Virus record (IMG/VR): IMGVR_UViG_3300020200_000018
Length of the DNA stretch: 64,000 nucleotides
DNA from: an uncultured virus (IMG/VR IMGVR_UViG_3300020200_000018)
Taxonomy: Duplodnaviria; Heunggongvirae; Uroviricota; Caudoviricetes
Direction: 5' to 3' (one strand)
The notes under the pieces are model-generated. The model had not been told where the DNA came from and searched no databases. It worked only from the letters and a program-made list of their open reading frames with translations. Of this stretch, positions 36,162-45,118 are shown piece after piece. The first letter of the stretch is position 1; each line of letters opens with the position of its first letter. Both the position numbers and the translations under genes were made by a program.

Positions 36162-37103
36162 TTATTTAAAGGTACAGGAGTGCATCACTTCTGTTAAACA
36201 AGCTGCTAAATTAATTTCTTGGTCGACCACAAAAGCAGCTTTATATTGATAATCGGCCAGTGTCACTATTAACATGGGGACTGATTTAGGATCTAAGACA
36301 TCTACAGCCATATCATAAAACCTGCGGAAGAGGGTTGCGGTATCTTCGGTTTGGTTTTGTGCGATCCATGTCCGCATTGCACCAAAATTCTTTTCTTTCA
36401 TAGCCCCCAACAAATCTTTAATATCTGTATTGTTGATGGTAGCAAGAATACCGGTATCAATCTTTCCTGTAGCTGCATACCGTTGCAATTCATTAATACA
36501 GCGGCGCCAATCGGGCAAGTATTTTTTGACTAATTCAACTAAGACCTTTTTATCAAATGGTATTGATTCGGCTTTCAAGATTGTTTCAAGCCGTCCAAGC
36601 ATTTGCGCGGCCATGACCACCTTCTCTGCGGCTGTCAATCTGAATTCAATGCAAGACGTCCGCGATTGTAACGCTTCAATGATCTTGTTCTTGAAATTAC
36701 AAGTCAGGATGAACCCACAATTAGATGCAAAGGATTCCATAAAATTGCGGAGTGCTGGCTGTGTATGCGGAGTAAGGTAATCTGCTTCGTCAAGTAACAC
36801 ATATTTCCGGCCACCCGTAAAACTAACCGTGCTTGCAAATGCCAGAATATCTGTCCGCAGCGTGTCCAGGTTACCATGGAGTGATCCATTAATTTCAAGG
36901 ATATCGCAACCCAATTCTTCTAACATAGCTCTGGCGACAGTGGTTTTGCCAATACCAGGACCTCCAAAAAGGAGAAGGTTCGGTACGTTTTTATCATCCA
37001 CAAATTGCTGGAATATTGCTTTAGTTGCAGATGGCAAGATAGTTTCAGAAACTTTCTGTGGACGGTATTTCTCAGTCCAAAGAAATTGTTCTACATGCTT
37101 CAT
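36162..37103 (-). CDS. 44: Clamp loader large subunit gp44
   Basis: LWTEKYRP, GGPGIGKTT, LDEADYL, LTCN, DWRR. Confidence 0.96.
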   Translation of the reverse strand: MKHVEQFLWTEKYRPQKVSETILPSATKAIFQQFVDDKNVPNLLLFGGPGIGKTTVARAMLEELGCDILEINGSLHGNLDTLRTDILAFASTVSFTGGRKYVLLDEADYLTPHTQPALRNFMESFASNCGFILTCNFKNKIIEALQSRTSCIEFRLTAAEKVVMAAQMLGRLETILKAESIPFDKKVLVELVKKYLPDWRRCINELQRYAATGKIDTGILATINNTDIKDLLGAMKEKNFGAMRTWIAQNQTEDTATLFRRFYDMAVDVLDPKSVPMLIVTLADYQYKAAFVVDQEINLAACLTEVMHSCTFK

Positions 37104-37789
37104 TATAATTCCTTAGTTTTGATATCAACGGGAAGCCAGTATTCAACAGTCACGCTATCCGCAATGTTAGTCTTTAAATACGCAAGGCCTTGGGTAGATA
37201 CTTTTGCCTCATACTTGCCTGGTAGGATTTTGAGATATTCTGTCTTGAATACCGTACGGTAGTTAGTTTCAGCTCCACCAACTTCATATTCAAAGACATT
37301 GGACCCTTCGGTCCGCAAGTCGGTTGCACCAATGTAGGATTTGCCATCCCGTCCAAACAGCATAATTTCAGGCAATGACAAGAGGGCGGCCGCCTGGAGT
37401 GTTGCTTTTAGGGCTTCTGCTTCGATGGTGAATTTAGCATCCTCAGACGGTAATTTAATTGCATGTTCTGGCGGAGTTGTAACGTGGGCCTTTGAGCCAT
37501 AAAAATATTTTACAGCAGTTGGCCCACTACGGATCATTACATAGTTATCAGCGCATTCTAATTCTGAAGAAGAGCAAAGATCAAGAACGGCAATAAATTG
37601 TGCTAAATTATAGATGGCAAATTCTTTTGGGAATTTGTCTTTGAGTGTAGCTTGGGCCATGATTGTTTTTTGCGGCTGGACTGTCCGCTGGATATGCCCT
37701 TCTTTAAAGATAAGGGACTGGTTAATCGTGGCAAAATTTTTCAAGACTAAAATAGTCTCAGGTGAAAGTTTGAGTTTAGGATATTTCAT
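37103..37789 (-). CDS. 45: Sliding clamp gp45
   Basis: LSPETILVLKNFATINQSL, FAIYNL..F. Synteny before gp44. Confidence 0.93.
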   Translation of the reverse strand: MKYPKLKLSPETILVLKNFATINQSLIFKEGHIQRTVQPQKTIMAQATLKDKFPKEFAIYNLAQFIAVLDLCSSSELECADNYVMIRSGPTAVKYFYGSKAHVTTPPEHAIKLPSEDAKFTIEAEALKATLQAAALLSLPEIMLFGRDGKSYIGATDLRTEGSNVFEYEVGGAETNYRTVFKTEYLKILPGKYEAKVSTQGLAYLKTNIADSVTVEYWLPVDIKTKEL

Positions 37790-37877
37790 GGTGTGGTATG
37801 TGTCCTCCGTGTGTAACAGGATTCCGCAAGTCCTGTTGTTGTTATTTTGAAAGTTGCGGCATAATATGTAAAGTGGA

Positions 37878-38270
37878 TTAGGCTTCTTCTTTATTGTGGA
37901 GTGAAAGGAGCATCAATGCGTAATGTAAGATTTTTAACAAATCCTTTTTATTTTTACCACCTTTCACGCCATACCGTGACGCATATTTGATGATATTACC
38001 GCGGTAAAAATCACTACCAATGTTTAATCCTTCTAAGTATTCTCCTGTCTGAATCCGCGTCCTGGCGTAATGTTCACCATATGTGCTATCCACATAATTC
38101 TTGAGTTCCTCAAGAGACCGGTCCTCGTCATAACGGTATTTGGATTTATATTCTGGTTTTGATCTTATTACAGTCATAGTTGAGTTAATTCCAGGAATCC
38201 ACTGTAATCCTCCTGAAAGCAATCCGTCTTTGATGGATTTAGTAAGGTCTTTTAATTCTGTAGTATTCAT
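37878..38270 (-). CDS. DUF3310-like conserved phage protein
   Basis: TYGEHY..GNIIKYASRYG.K...DLLKILHYA. Confidence 0.75.
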   Translation of the reverse strand: MNTTELKDLTKSIKDGLLSGGLQWIPGINSTMTVIRSKPEYKSKYRYDEDRSLEELKNYVDSTYGEHYARTRIQTGEYLEGLNIGSDFYRGNIIKYASRYGVKGGKNKKDLLKILHYALMLLSLHNKEEA

Positions 38271-39149
38271 TTACTTCTCCTTTTCTTTTTTGGCGGCACC
38301 AATCCGAGTTTTAATTAATTGGTTAACATCAGCAGTCGCAGATGCTCCAATCTGTGCAAGGTCTGGCAATGAACCCGAAAAAACGTATGCGCCCATGTGC
38401 TGGAGTTTCATCCATGGGCAGAGCCATACTTTCATGCCTACTTTCCGTGTCCATTGGCAAAACATATAGTCCTCTGACAAGTATCGCTTAGATTCTGAAT
38501 CAATAGGGCAATCGAAGTATGCCATAATTGTTCTGGTGCCGTCAAAATGCTCGGTACGCACATGGTCAGGAAGGTATTCCTGCTGCGGGTATGCTTTTTT
38601 AAAAGCGTCAAAGACATGCCGCTGCACCATCATAAATCCAGTGCCAGATTCTAAAACTTCAACTGGTTGGTCAATGGCAATCGTGGTTTGCGTAATAACT
38701 GGATTGAATACAAAGTCACCAACGTAGTTTTCGAGGCGTGTGGGATCACGGTCTGCAAAGCCTTTATCGACGGCCCGTTTGATTTTTTCCCAAGAAATAC
38801 ATTTCTTTGGATATGGGCCACAGACAATATCTTTATCAGAACCAGGAGTAGCCAATGCGGCTAATGCCAAAACGTCATTAGGATCGAAGCCAATATCAGA
38901 GTCAATAAACATTAGGTGCGTATATCCCGACCGTAGGAATTCATCAGCCAGGTAGTTCCGGGCCCGCTGGATTAAGGATTCATTGAATAGGTAGAAAAAT
39001 CGTACGTCCAAGTTATATTTGGCAGCGAGGATAGCCAAGTCTGCTGTGGATTTACAATATTGGCCAGAACATTGCCCTCCATACATCGGCGTAGCTACAA
39101 AAATGCGACGTTTGCGAAGTTCACCAATATCAATCGTAATTTCTGGCAT
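38271..39149 (-). CDS. GT-A-fold glycosyltransferase-like conserved phage protein
   Basis: VATPMYGG, ESLIQRARN, FIDSDI, GTGFM, LSEDY.FC. Confidence 0.75.
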   Translation of the reverse strand: MPEITIDIGELRKRRIFVATPMYGGQCSGQYCKSTADLAILAAKYNLDVRFFYLFNESLIQRARNYLADEFLRSGYTHLMFIDSDIGFDPNDVLALAALATPGSDKDIVCGPYPKKCISWEKIKRAVDKGFADRDPTRLENYVGDFVFNPVITQTTIAIDQPVEVLESGTGFMMVQRHVFDAFKKAYPQQEYLPDHVRTEHFDGTRTIMAYFDCPIDSESKRYLSEDYMFCQWTRKVGMKVWLCPWMKLQHMGAYVFSGSLPDLAQIGASATADVNQLIKTRIGAAKKEKEK

Positions 39150-39196
39150 ATAAGTTCCTTATGGCTGGTAAAATAAATTGATTCTTGATTCTTGTT

Positions 39197-39225
39197 ATTC
39201 TACGCAATTTCGCTGCTATTGTCAA
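39197..39225 (-). promoter_or_regulatory. Sigma70-type promoter
   Basis: TTGACA-17-TAGAAT. Confidence 0.7.
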
Positions 39226-39276
39226 ATGTGTGTTTCGATTAGACGCCGCATAATCTTTCGATTAGACGCCGCTTCG

Positions 39277-39756
39277 TTAGCGAGATACGGGATTCTGCCA
39301 AATAACTGTTCCCGTGTATTTACCTGTGGTTTGTGCGGTGATAGGTGATAATTGTTCGCCACATGGCACTTTAACTACATTCAGCCAATTACCATTAAAT
39401 GGTTGTTTTGCAGTAATTTCTACCAATGGCACTCCTGCTAGTATAAACACTTCTAAAATAGTTCTATCACCAATGCCAAGGACTTTATGCTGCCCGATAG
39501 TGCCTCTGGATATCCATGAATCCTTCATTTGTTTTTCCAATGCGCCTCCAATATAACAGTCACCAATTGCAAGGGATTCTCCTTGTAAAGAAAATAGGAT
39601 AATGGCGATGAGTACGATAGCACCCAAATACATGAAAAGCAATAGAAGCACGGGCCAACTATACCCGAATGTTTCTCCGCGTTTCGGTACATGCAGAGGG
39701 CTGGCGGAGGAAAAATCCTCTATATTGATATAGTTAGCCATGAGTATATTCCTCAT
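39277..39756 (-). CDS. Membrane-anchored hypothetical protein
   Basis: One long hydrophobic helix followed by a soluble region. Confidence 0.55.
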   Translation of the reverse strand: MRNILMANYINIEDFSSASPLHVPKRGETFGYSWPVLLLLFMYLGAIVLIAIILFSLQGESLAIGDCYIGGALEKQMKDSWISRGTIGQHKVLGIGDRTILEVFILAGVPLVEITAKQPFNGNWLNVVKVPCGEQLSPITAQTTGKYTGTVIWQNPVSR

Positions 39757-40465
39757 TTTTATCGATAAACGGTATAAGGTTATGAGTTAATGCTCGCATT
39801 TGTCTAAACGCCGCCACGCTTTCTTTATTTTTGGCGCACAAATTAGACGGTAAATTGCCGTTGTATCTTATAGCCTCCTCACGCCTAATCTGGTCAAGCA
39901 ATGTCTTTACTTCACAACGATAATATCTGTCAGCGTTCATTACTGGTGGATGGTCGAAAGTAAGCTGGTAGTTAAGCAAAAGATTAGCCTCTGCACTCTT
40001 CACGAAAGTTCCTTTATACTTTATTTTTGACTTAACACGCATAATACATGCATAGATTGAATCTATGTTATACGTGCCGTCAGGGTTGCGTAAGTAGGGA
40101 AATGCATTACGGAATAAGAGGTACATTGCCTCATGGCTGATACCCTTACGCAAGCTGCATATATGCTCTTGTAGTCTCTCTTTTGGTCCAGCAACATCCG
40201 ATCCCTTCAATCCGCGGCCCTTTGTGTCATAGGAAAGTATATCGTCACCACTTTGTCCAATGTCAAACACTTGCGGAATATAGCACGGAAGTAGTTTTGA
40301 TTTTATAAATGGTAAGAGTTCTTCATAATTCTTAAAATATCCTAATGCGTAAACAAGCGCAGGAGTATTGCGTACCAGCTCAGGTACCTGTGTCAAGGGT
40401 ATCCATTTTGGCTTCTCGAATCCAGAAGCACAGGGTTTAAAATAATTTATGTGATAGGGTTTCAT
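39734..40465 (-). CDS. Hypothetical protein, weakly GIY-YIG-like
   Basis: LVYA...DIGQS...RL.EH...E..L...N pattern. Not decisive. Confidence 0.5.
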   Translation of the reverse strand: MKPYHINYFKPCASGFEKPKWIPLTQVPELVRNTPALVYALGYFKNYEELLPFIKSKLLPCYIPQVFDIGQSGDDILSYDTKGRGLKGSDVAGPKERLQEHICSLRKGISHEAMYLLFRNAFPYLRNPDGTYNIDSIYACIMRVKSKIKYKGTFVKSAEANLLLNYQLTFDHPPVMNADRYYRCEVKTLLDQIRREEAIRYNGNLPSNLCAKNKESVAAFRQMRALTHNLIPFIDKNEEYTHG

Positions 40466-40502
40466 GGTCTAATTGCCTTTCGCTCTTAATTGCTCTAAAG
40501 AT

Positions 40503-40640
40503 GCGGCAGGAGAAGGGAGAGCAACCTTCCCCTGCCGCGGGGACCAGCACAGGATGAGGAAGAGGAGAATAGGAAAACCTGCACCCTATGCTGGGAAGAC
40601 CAGCAATAGGATGTGAGTTCCGTAACATCCTGTTGCTGGT
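40503..40640. ncRNA. Candidate structured RNA / three-hairpin element
   Basis: Three consecutive inverted repeats, the last of 16 bp, in an intergenic region. Confidence 0.4.
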
Positions 40641-40645
40641 TAAGC

Positions 40646-40894
40646 CTAGGCTAGGCCCAGGGACACATTACCTGCAGCAACAATGCGCCGCGTCGGAGTG
40701 CCGACTTGGAACACTGTCATAGGTGCGAGCCAAGAATTGTATCGGGTATTTTCATACACCGCATAACCTTGACCGCGGACTGCGCGGATAGCACCCGTAA
40801 CATTGCGGATGCCGAAGCGTTCCCTGATTTGTCCCTTGGTAAAATTGTTTCCATCGACAAGGGCCTTAACCAGGCGAGAAATGGAACTATTCAT
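40646..40894 (-). CDS. Small winged-HTH-like protein
   Basis: T..QI..RFGI.N....I..VR..GYAVY.N...GTPTR..VAAG. AGGAGG SD. Confidence 0.7.
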   Translation of the reverse strand: MNSSISRLVKALVDGNNFTKGQIRERFGIRNVTGAIRAVRGQGYAVYENTRYNSWLAPMTVFQVGTPTRRIVAAGNVSLGLA

Positions 40895-40961
40895 TTAAAA
40901 CCTCCTACTAAATTTCCCGGAGCGGCCGGGAGCCGTTTTTGGCTTACTGCCAGACTTAATT

Positions 40962-40990
40962 ATCATACTACATTATGGATGATATGTCAA
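40962..40990 (-). promoter_or_regulatory. Sigma70-type promoter
   Basis: TTGACA-17-TATGAT. Confidence 0.7.
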
Positions 40991-41014
40991 GGGTAGGCAT
41001 TTCAAAAAGCCGGC

Positions 41015-42370
41015 TCACGCTTCACGCTCGGTTTCATCCGCACCTGAAAATAGGCTACCATCTGTCATAAACTCTGCCGCACGACTGCTCACTGTGGTTG
41101 GTTGCGCCGTGTTGGAATTCTGATCTAGAGGTAGAGGCACATCAGGGTTCACCGATGCATTGACCTCTAGAGGTAGAGGCACATCAGGGTTCACCGATGC
41201 ATCGACCTTACTATACAGTTCCAAAAGCGCTGTTTTGGTATTCTCGTTGTACCTAGCGACACAATACCTAACGGCATCCAGCCTATCACGAAATAACAAG
41301 AAGGTTCTTAAAACGTGAATCAGACGGCGTGTTGAGATAACTTCTTCGATTGCGTTATCATCGAATGTTTTTCTCACCACTTGCCCCCAGTTGACGAGGT
41401 GGCTGATAAAATCATCCATCTCGGGATCATTCTTAGCTACATTTCTCAGGATGTGGCGTTCTACTGATGGGGAAGGCCACTGCTGTTCGATTGTAACGAC
41501 AAACCGTTCCAACCACGAATCATCAAGGATTTTTGCAGCCGTATAGAGTCCATTATCAGATCCCCGTCCCTTGGTGTTCGCTGTTACACAAATATTGAAC
41601 CCAGGCCGTGGGTAGATAATCTCGCCAGTCTTTTTCATGTAATACGGCTTACCCTCCAAAATACCCTGGAGGCACATGATCTTATTAGGGTCTGCGCGGT
41701 CAACCTCGTCCACGAGCAAAACGCAACCCAATTCCATGGCCCTAACAGCAGGACCCTTAATAAACTTAGTCTCCCCATTGATAAGACGGAACCCACCGAT
41801 AATGTCGTCCTCGTCTGTTTCAGTGGTACATTGGGTTCTAATCAATGCCCGTTTGGTACGGGCTGCACTTTGTTCGATCAACATGGTCTTACCGTTGCCA
41901 GATAATCCGGCAACAAAGATGGGGAAAAAGATGCCAGAGGCCAAGACTTGTTCAATCATCTTATAGTCACCGAACGGCACATAATTGGAGTCCTTGGCAG
42001 GCACCGCTGCATAGGCATGGTCGCTAACCGCATTTGGATCGAATACAACTGAGGATGGTTTTGGCGCACGTGGTTGGGAAGGAAATGGCAACACTTGTGC
42101 GACGGCATTGGGTTGGGCATCAGTGGGTGGAGTAACTGGATCCGTGTCTTTTAAACTTTTCTCAGGCTTTGGCGCACCAGCAGTACTGCCGTCCAACGCA
42201 AAAATACCGCGGGTCACCAAAAAATTCTCACGGAGCCACACGCCCGGATAACGGAATCCGTTCTCTTCGGCAAAAGTAAAAAGGTCTTTTGCCTTCACTT
42301 TAGCTGTTTCACCGAAGTGTTTCCGGGCTGCTTCCAAAAACGCCATATTCATTTCTAAACTTTTTGCCAT
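41015..42370 (-). CDS. CobS/MoxR-like AAA+ ATPase
   Basis: GLSGNGKT, ETDEDD..GGFRL, LLVDEVD, TANTKGRGS, ISTRRL. Confidence 0.9.
   Translation of the reverse strand: MAKSLEMNMAFLEAARKHFGETAKVKAKDLFTFAEENGFRYPGVWLRENFLVTRGIFALDGSTAGAPKPEKSLKDTDPVTPPTDAQPNAVAQVLPFPSQPRAPKPSSVVFDPNAVSDHAYAAVPAKDSNYVPFGDYKMIEQVLASGIFFPIFVAGLSGNGKTMLIEQSAARTKRALIRTQCTTETDEDDIIGGFRLINGETKFIKGPAVRAMELGCVLLVDEVDRADPNKIMCLQGILEGKPYYMKKTGEIIYPRPGFNICVTANTKGRGSDNGLYTAAKILDDSWLERFVVTIEQQWPSPSVERHILRNVAKNDPEMDDFISHLVNWGQVVRKTFDDNAIEEVISTRRLIHVLRTFLLFRDRLDAVRYCVARYNENTKTALLELYSKVDASVNPDVPLPLEVNASVNPDVPLPLDQNSNTAQPTTVSSRAAEFMTDGSLFSGADETEREA
41124..41207. repeat. 42-bp in-frame tandem duplication in the AAA C-terminal tail
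   Basis: Encodes VxASVNPDVPLPL twice. Confidence 0.9.
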
Positions 42371-42418
42371 TGCTCTCTTCTCCTATTGTTGTTAAGTTAA
42401 CTGCACCGTACTTTAATC

Positions 42419-42447
42419 ATTATACGTTAAAGGTGGTTTGTTGTCAA
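42419..42447 (-). promoter_or_regulatory. Sigma70-type promoter with upstream IHF-like box
   Basis: TTGACA-17-TATAAT, with AATCAACCAGTTA about 20 bp upstream. Confidence 0.8.
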
Positions 42448-42606
42448 GAAAAATCTTATGCCATAACTGGTTGATTTTATTAGCTATAGAAGCGGGCCAA
42501 GACAGGCTACAGGGGGTTTGTTTGGTAGTAAGGGTAGTAGCCCATGGACGAGATACTTCGGGCCCTGTAGGGGACAGATTCAGGAGGTTTATTGGTTCTC
42601 TTTTCA

Positions 42607-45021
42607 TTATGCAATCATATTAATAAACCGGGACAAAATTACCCGGTTTTTGAGTTTTGCACCACAAGCTTTTTTAAAGGCACGGGTGATCTCGGTAATC
42701 TTTGCCCCTTCTTTTAAAAGCAACATGCTGTGGTCCTCTGTTCGAAGAGAGGTACCACCAGAAATAATATAAAATTCATCGCATCCCATCCCACCAGGAA
42801 TAGCAACATAGCGATCTCGGCGCCAAGCATGGATATACTGTTCTGCATATACCGACATTCTTCGCATTTTACGGGTAGCATCTACTCCAGAAGCCACAAA
42901 GAATGTCAGCGTGTGGACGCCACAAGTTTGGCGCAACATGCGTACCAATGAATCAGTATATTGTGTTTCATCATAAGAATACCTAGAACCTCTAAAGAGT
43001 TTAATTTCTATTTTTGTTCGATTATCTTGTAAAATGTAATTTGGTACTAGCGGCATGTTATTCTTGTCCACTGCCCTGGGACTGATATGCCCTGATTCAT
43101 CACATTGATAATTCCCATAGTTGTCTAAATGGCATCGACCGTGCGGAAAGTCTGGCCAATCATGGCTGTAGACCATATCAGAAGTAGCATCCCCGTCGGT
43201 TAAAAAGATAACATTAACCACCTCTGCTCCAGTTTGCTGGCGAAATTCAGGTATTTGATATCGTGCTAAAAATATGGCCTCATTTAATGGGGTCGACCCG
43301 AGGCCGAACATACCATATGCCATTGCCGGCCGTAGGTACCGATTCGGGAAGCCCGGGCGTGTCATGCGAGGCGTATAGACACTTATGAGGTAAGCTGCCA
43401 TTTGATTAAATTCAAATGGCCGTTGCTTATTATTAAAAAATTCGATCAACCAAACATCATCATGGTGTGCGCCCACTGCAATTTCACCATCTATTCCGAC
43501 ATATTTTTTTCTGCGATCAAATTTCGCTTTCATGTCAGGATATTTGTTTTGCAGTTCTAGCGTTCCTCGACCCATGTCTGTAAATCCAAATACCCGATGC
43601 GGAATATTACACCGTCGGCAAAACATTACGAGGTTAATTAATTGCTGGATAGTGCCCTCAATATGTTCCGACATTGAACCGCTTAAATCAACATACATTA
43701 GAAGAGCATGGTTTTTTGCTTCAGGAGTCTTTGTAATTTTCTTAAAAATATCATCCAAAAATTTGTAGTTAGATAACTTAGTCATATTCAACGTGCCTGT
43801 GCGAGCAGTTTTAGAACGCGAATACAATGACGCCGCTTTCTTAGCCTCAAATTCTTGGACAAGGTACGACACTATGCTAGAATTTTCAATACAAAATTTG
43901 TGATAAGTTTTCGCTATTTCTTCGCGGGTATACGCGACTTCATGCCCACGCTGCACCTTCATCTTGTGCGCGGCTTTTCTTTGGTTAATGGTGGCGGTTT
44001 TATCGATTGAATCTTTTACAATTTGCTTGCCATCTTCATCTACAACGTCTGCCCGCCACCGCATGGACGTTCCCTCAGGGTCATTAAACATCGAGGCCAA
44101 TTCAGCTAATACATCTTGGTACCGTATCACATAATCATCATGTGGAATGATTTGCGGTAACTTAATATAGATTGGCACTGTGCCGGATGCTTGAATATAG
44201 GTTTCCTTTACGGCTTGATTCATGGTTTCGTTTGTCAATGGAGGTGGGGCATCTTCCGTTAGCTCGGCATTAGAATCATCGAATAGGACCTCGGTTTTAT
44301 CATCCTTCTTCTCTTCCTTATCACCATACTCATTTTCAATATCGTCATCAATATCTTCATTCGGCGAGTTAGATATTTGTATTTCTTCCTCTTCTCTATC
44401 CTCTTTTTCTATGGAAAATTTGATTGGTGCAACTTCACGCTGCCAACGGTACATATCTTTTGCTAATTGCGCCACATCTTCCCAAGTCTCAGTATTTGTA
44501 GCACGTTTAACCCATGCTTGTTCCTCTAATGAAAACTTGACGGGTAAAGCCGTACCAACTTTAGTATAAATGTTGAGCCTATCAATAAAAGGTAAATGGG
44601 ATGTATTTGTACTATCGAGCCGGAAAAAATTACCTTTAACTAAAGTTTGGTAGCCCAATATAAAATCGCGTTTAAGGCCAGGATACATAGCTTTAATTTT
44701 ACGCTCAATGCGGATATCCTCAACAATGTTTAGGTAACCCTTAAAAATTTCTTTGCGGAATTCTTCTCCTGGTTTAAAGACTGTGGTGTACCATTCTTCA
44801 GGTTTAGTCCAAAGGGCATGGCCAACTTCATGGCCAACTAGCATACTATAAACATGCTGATCGATGTTAGACCAATTTGGCAAAGTAAGCCGTCGGTGCT
44901 TCGGTTCAAAATGTGCGGTGTCTGTGGTGGTGGAGTGTTCTACTGTAATGTTTTCTTGCGCCAATAAACGAGCTAAAATTGCTTTGGCGGCTTCATTAAT
45001 AACGGGCTTAGTGTTTTCCAT
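42607..45021 (-). CDS. Metallopeptidase-like plus VWA-domain protein (CobT-like partner of the AAA ATPase)
   Basis: HEVGHAL (HExxH), NIVEDIRIE, MIDAS DLSGSM, TPLNEA, FLTDGD. Confidence 0.88.
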   Translation of the reverse strand: MENTKPVINEAAKAILARLLAQENITVEHSTTTDTAHFEPKHRRLTLPNWSNIDQHVYSMLVGHEVGHALWTKPEEWYTTVFKPGEEFRKEIFKGYLNIVEDIRIERKIKAMYPGLKRDFILGYQTLVKGNFFRLDSTNTSHLPFIDRLNIYTKVGTALPVKFSLEEQAWVKRATNTETWEDVAQLAKDMYRWQREVAPIKFSIEKEDREEEEIQISNSPNEDIDDDIENEYGDKEEKKDDKTEVLFDDSNAELTEDAPPPLTNETMNQAVKETYIQASGTVPIYIKLPQIIPHDDYVIRYQDVLAELASMFNDPEGTSMRWRADVVDEDGKQIVKDSIDKTATINQRKAAHKMKVQRGHEVAYTREEIAKTYHKFCIENSSIVSYLVQEFEAKKAASLYSRSKTARTGTLNMTKLSNYKFLDDIFKKITKTPEAKNHALLMYVDLSGSMSEHIEGTIQQLINLVMFCRRCNIPHRVFGFTDMGRGTLELQNKYPDMKAKFDRRKKYVGIDGEIAVGAHHDDVWLIEFFNNKQRPFEFNQMAAYLISVYTPRMTRPGFPNRYLRPAMAYGMFGLGSTPLNEAIFLARYQIPEFRQQTGAEVVNVIFLTDGDATSDMVYSHDWPDFPHGRCHLDNYGNYQCDESGHISPRAVDKNNMPLVPNYILQDNRTKIEIKLFRGSRYSYDETQYTDSLVRMLRQTCGVHTLTFFVASGVDATRKMRRMSVYAEQYIHAWRRDRYVAIPGGMGCDEFYIISGGTSLRTEDHSMLLLKEGAKITEITRAFKKACGAKLKNRVILSRFINMIA

Positions 45022-45118
45022 GATTTCCTCTCATTTTGGCTTTATTATACACCAGATAAAGCACGAAGGTCAAGGAATTTGTTTCCTTGTAAAAACAACA
45101 GGTTAGGGAGGATAGTAG

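Noticed and set aside
39234..39272. Short direct repeat TTTCGATTAGACGCCGC twice (similar small duplications at about 99-147 and 58876-58910)
   Set aside because: Two-copy micro-duplications with no further structure, most simply explained by slippage.
39734..40465. Homing endonuclease call
   Set aside because: The GIY-YIG resemblance is too weak to assert without a profile search.
41015..42370. Cobalamin biosynthesis gene cobS supporting the class II RNR
   Set aside because: No cobN or other cob genes are present in the window, and this AAA family is widespread in T4-like phages regardless of RNR class.
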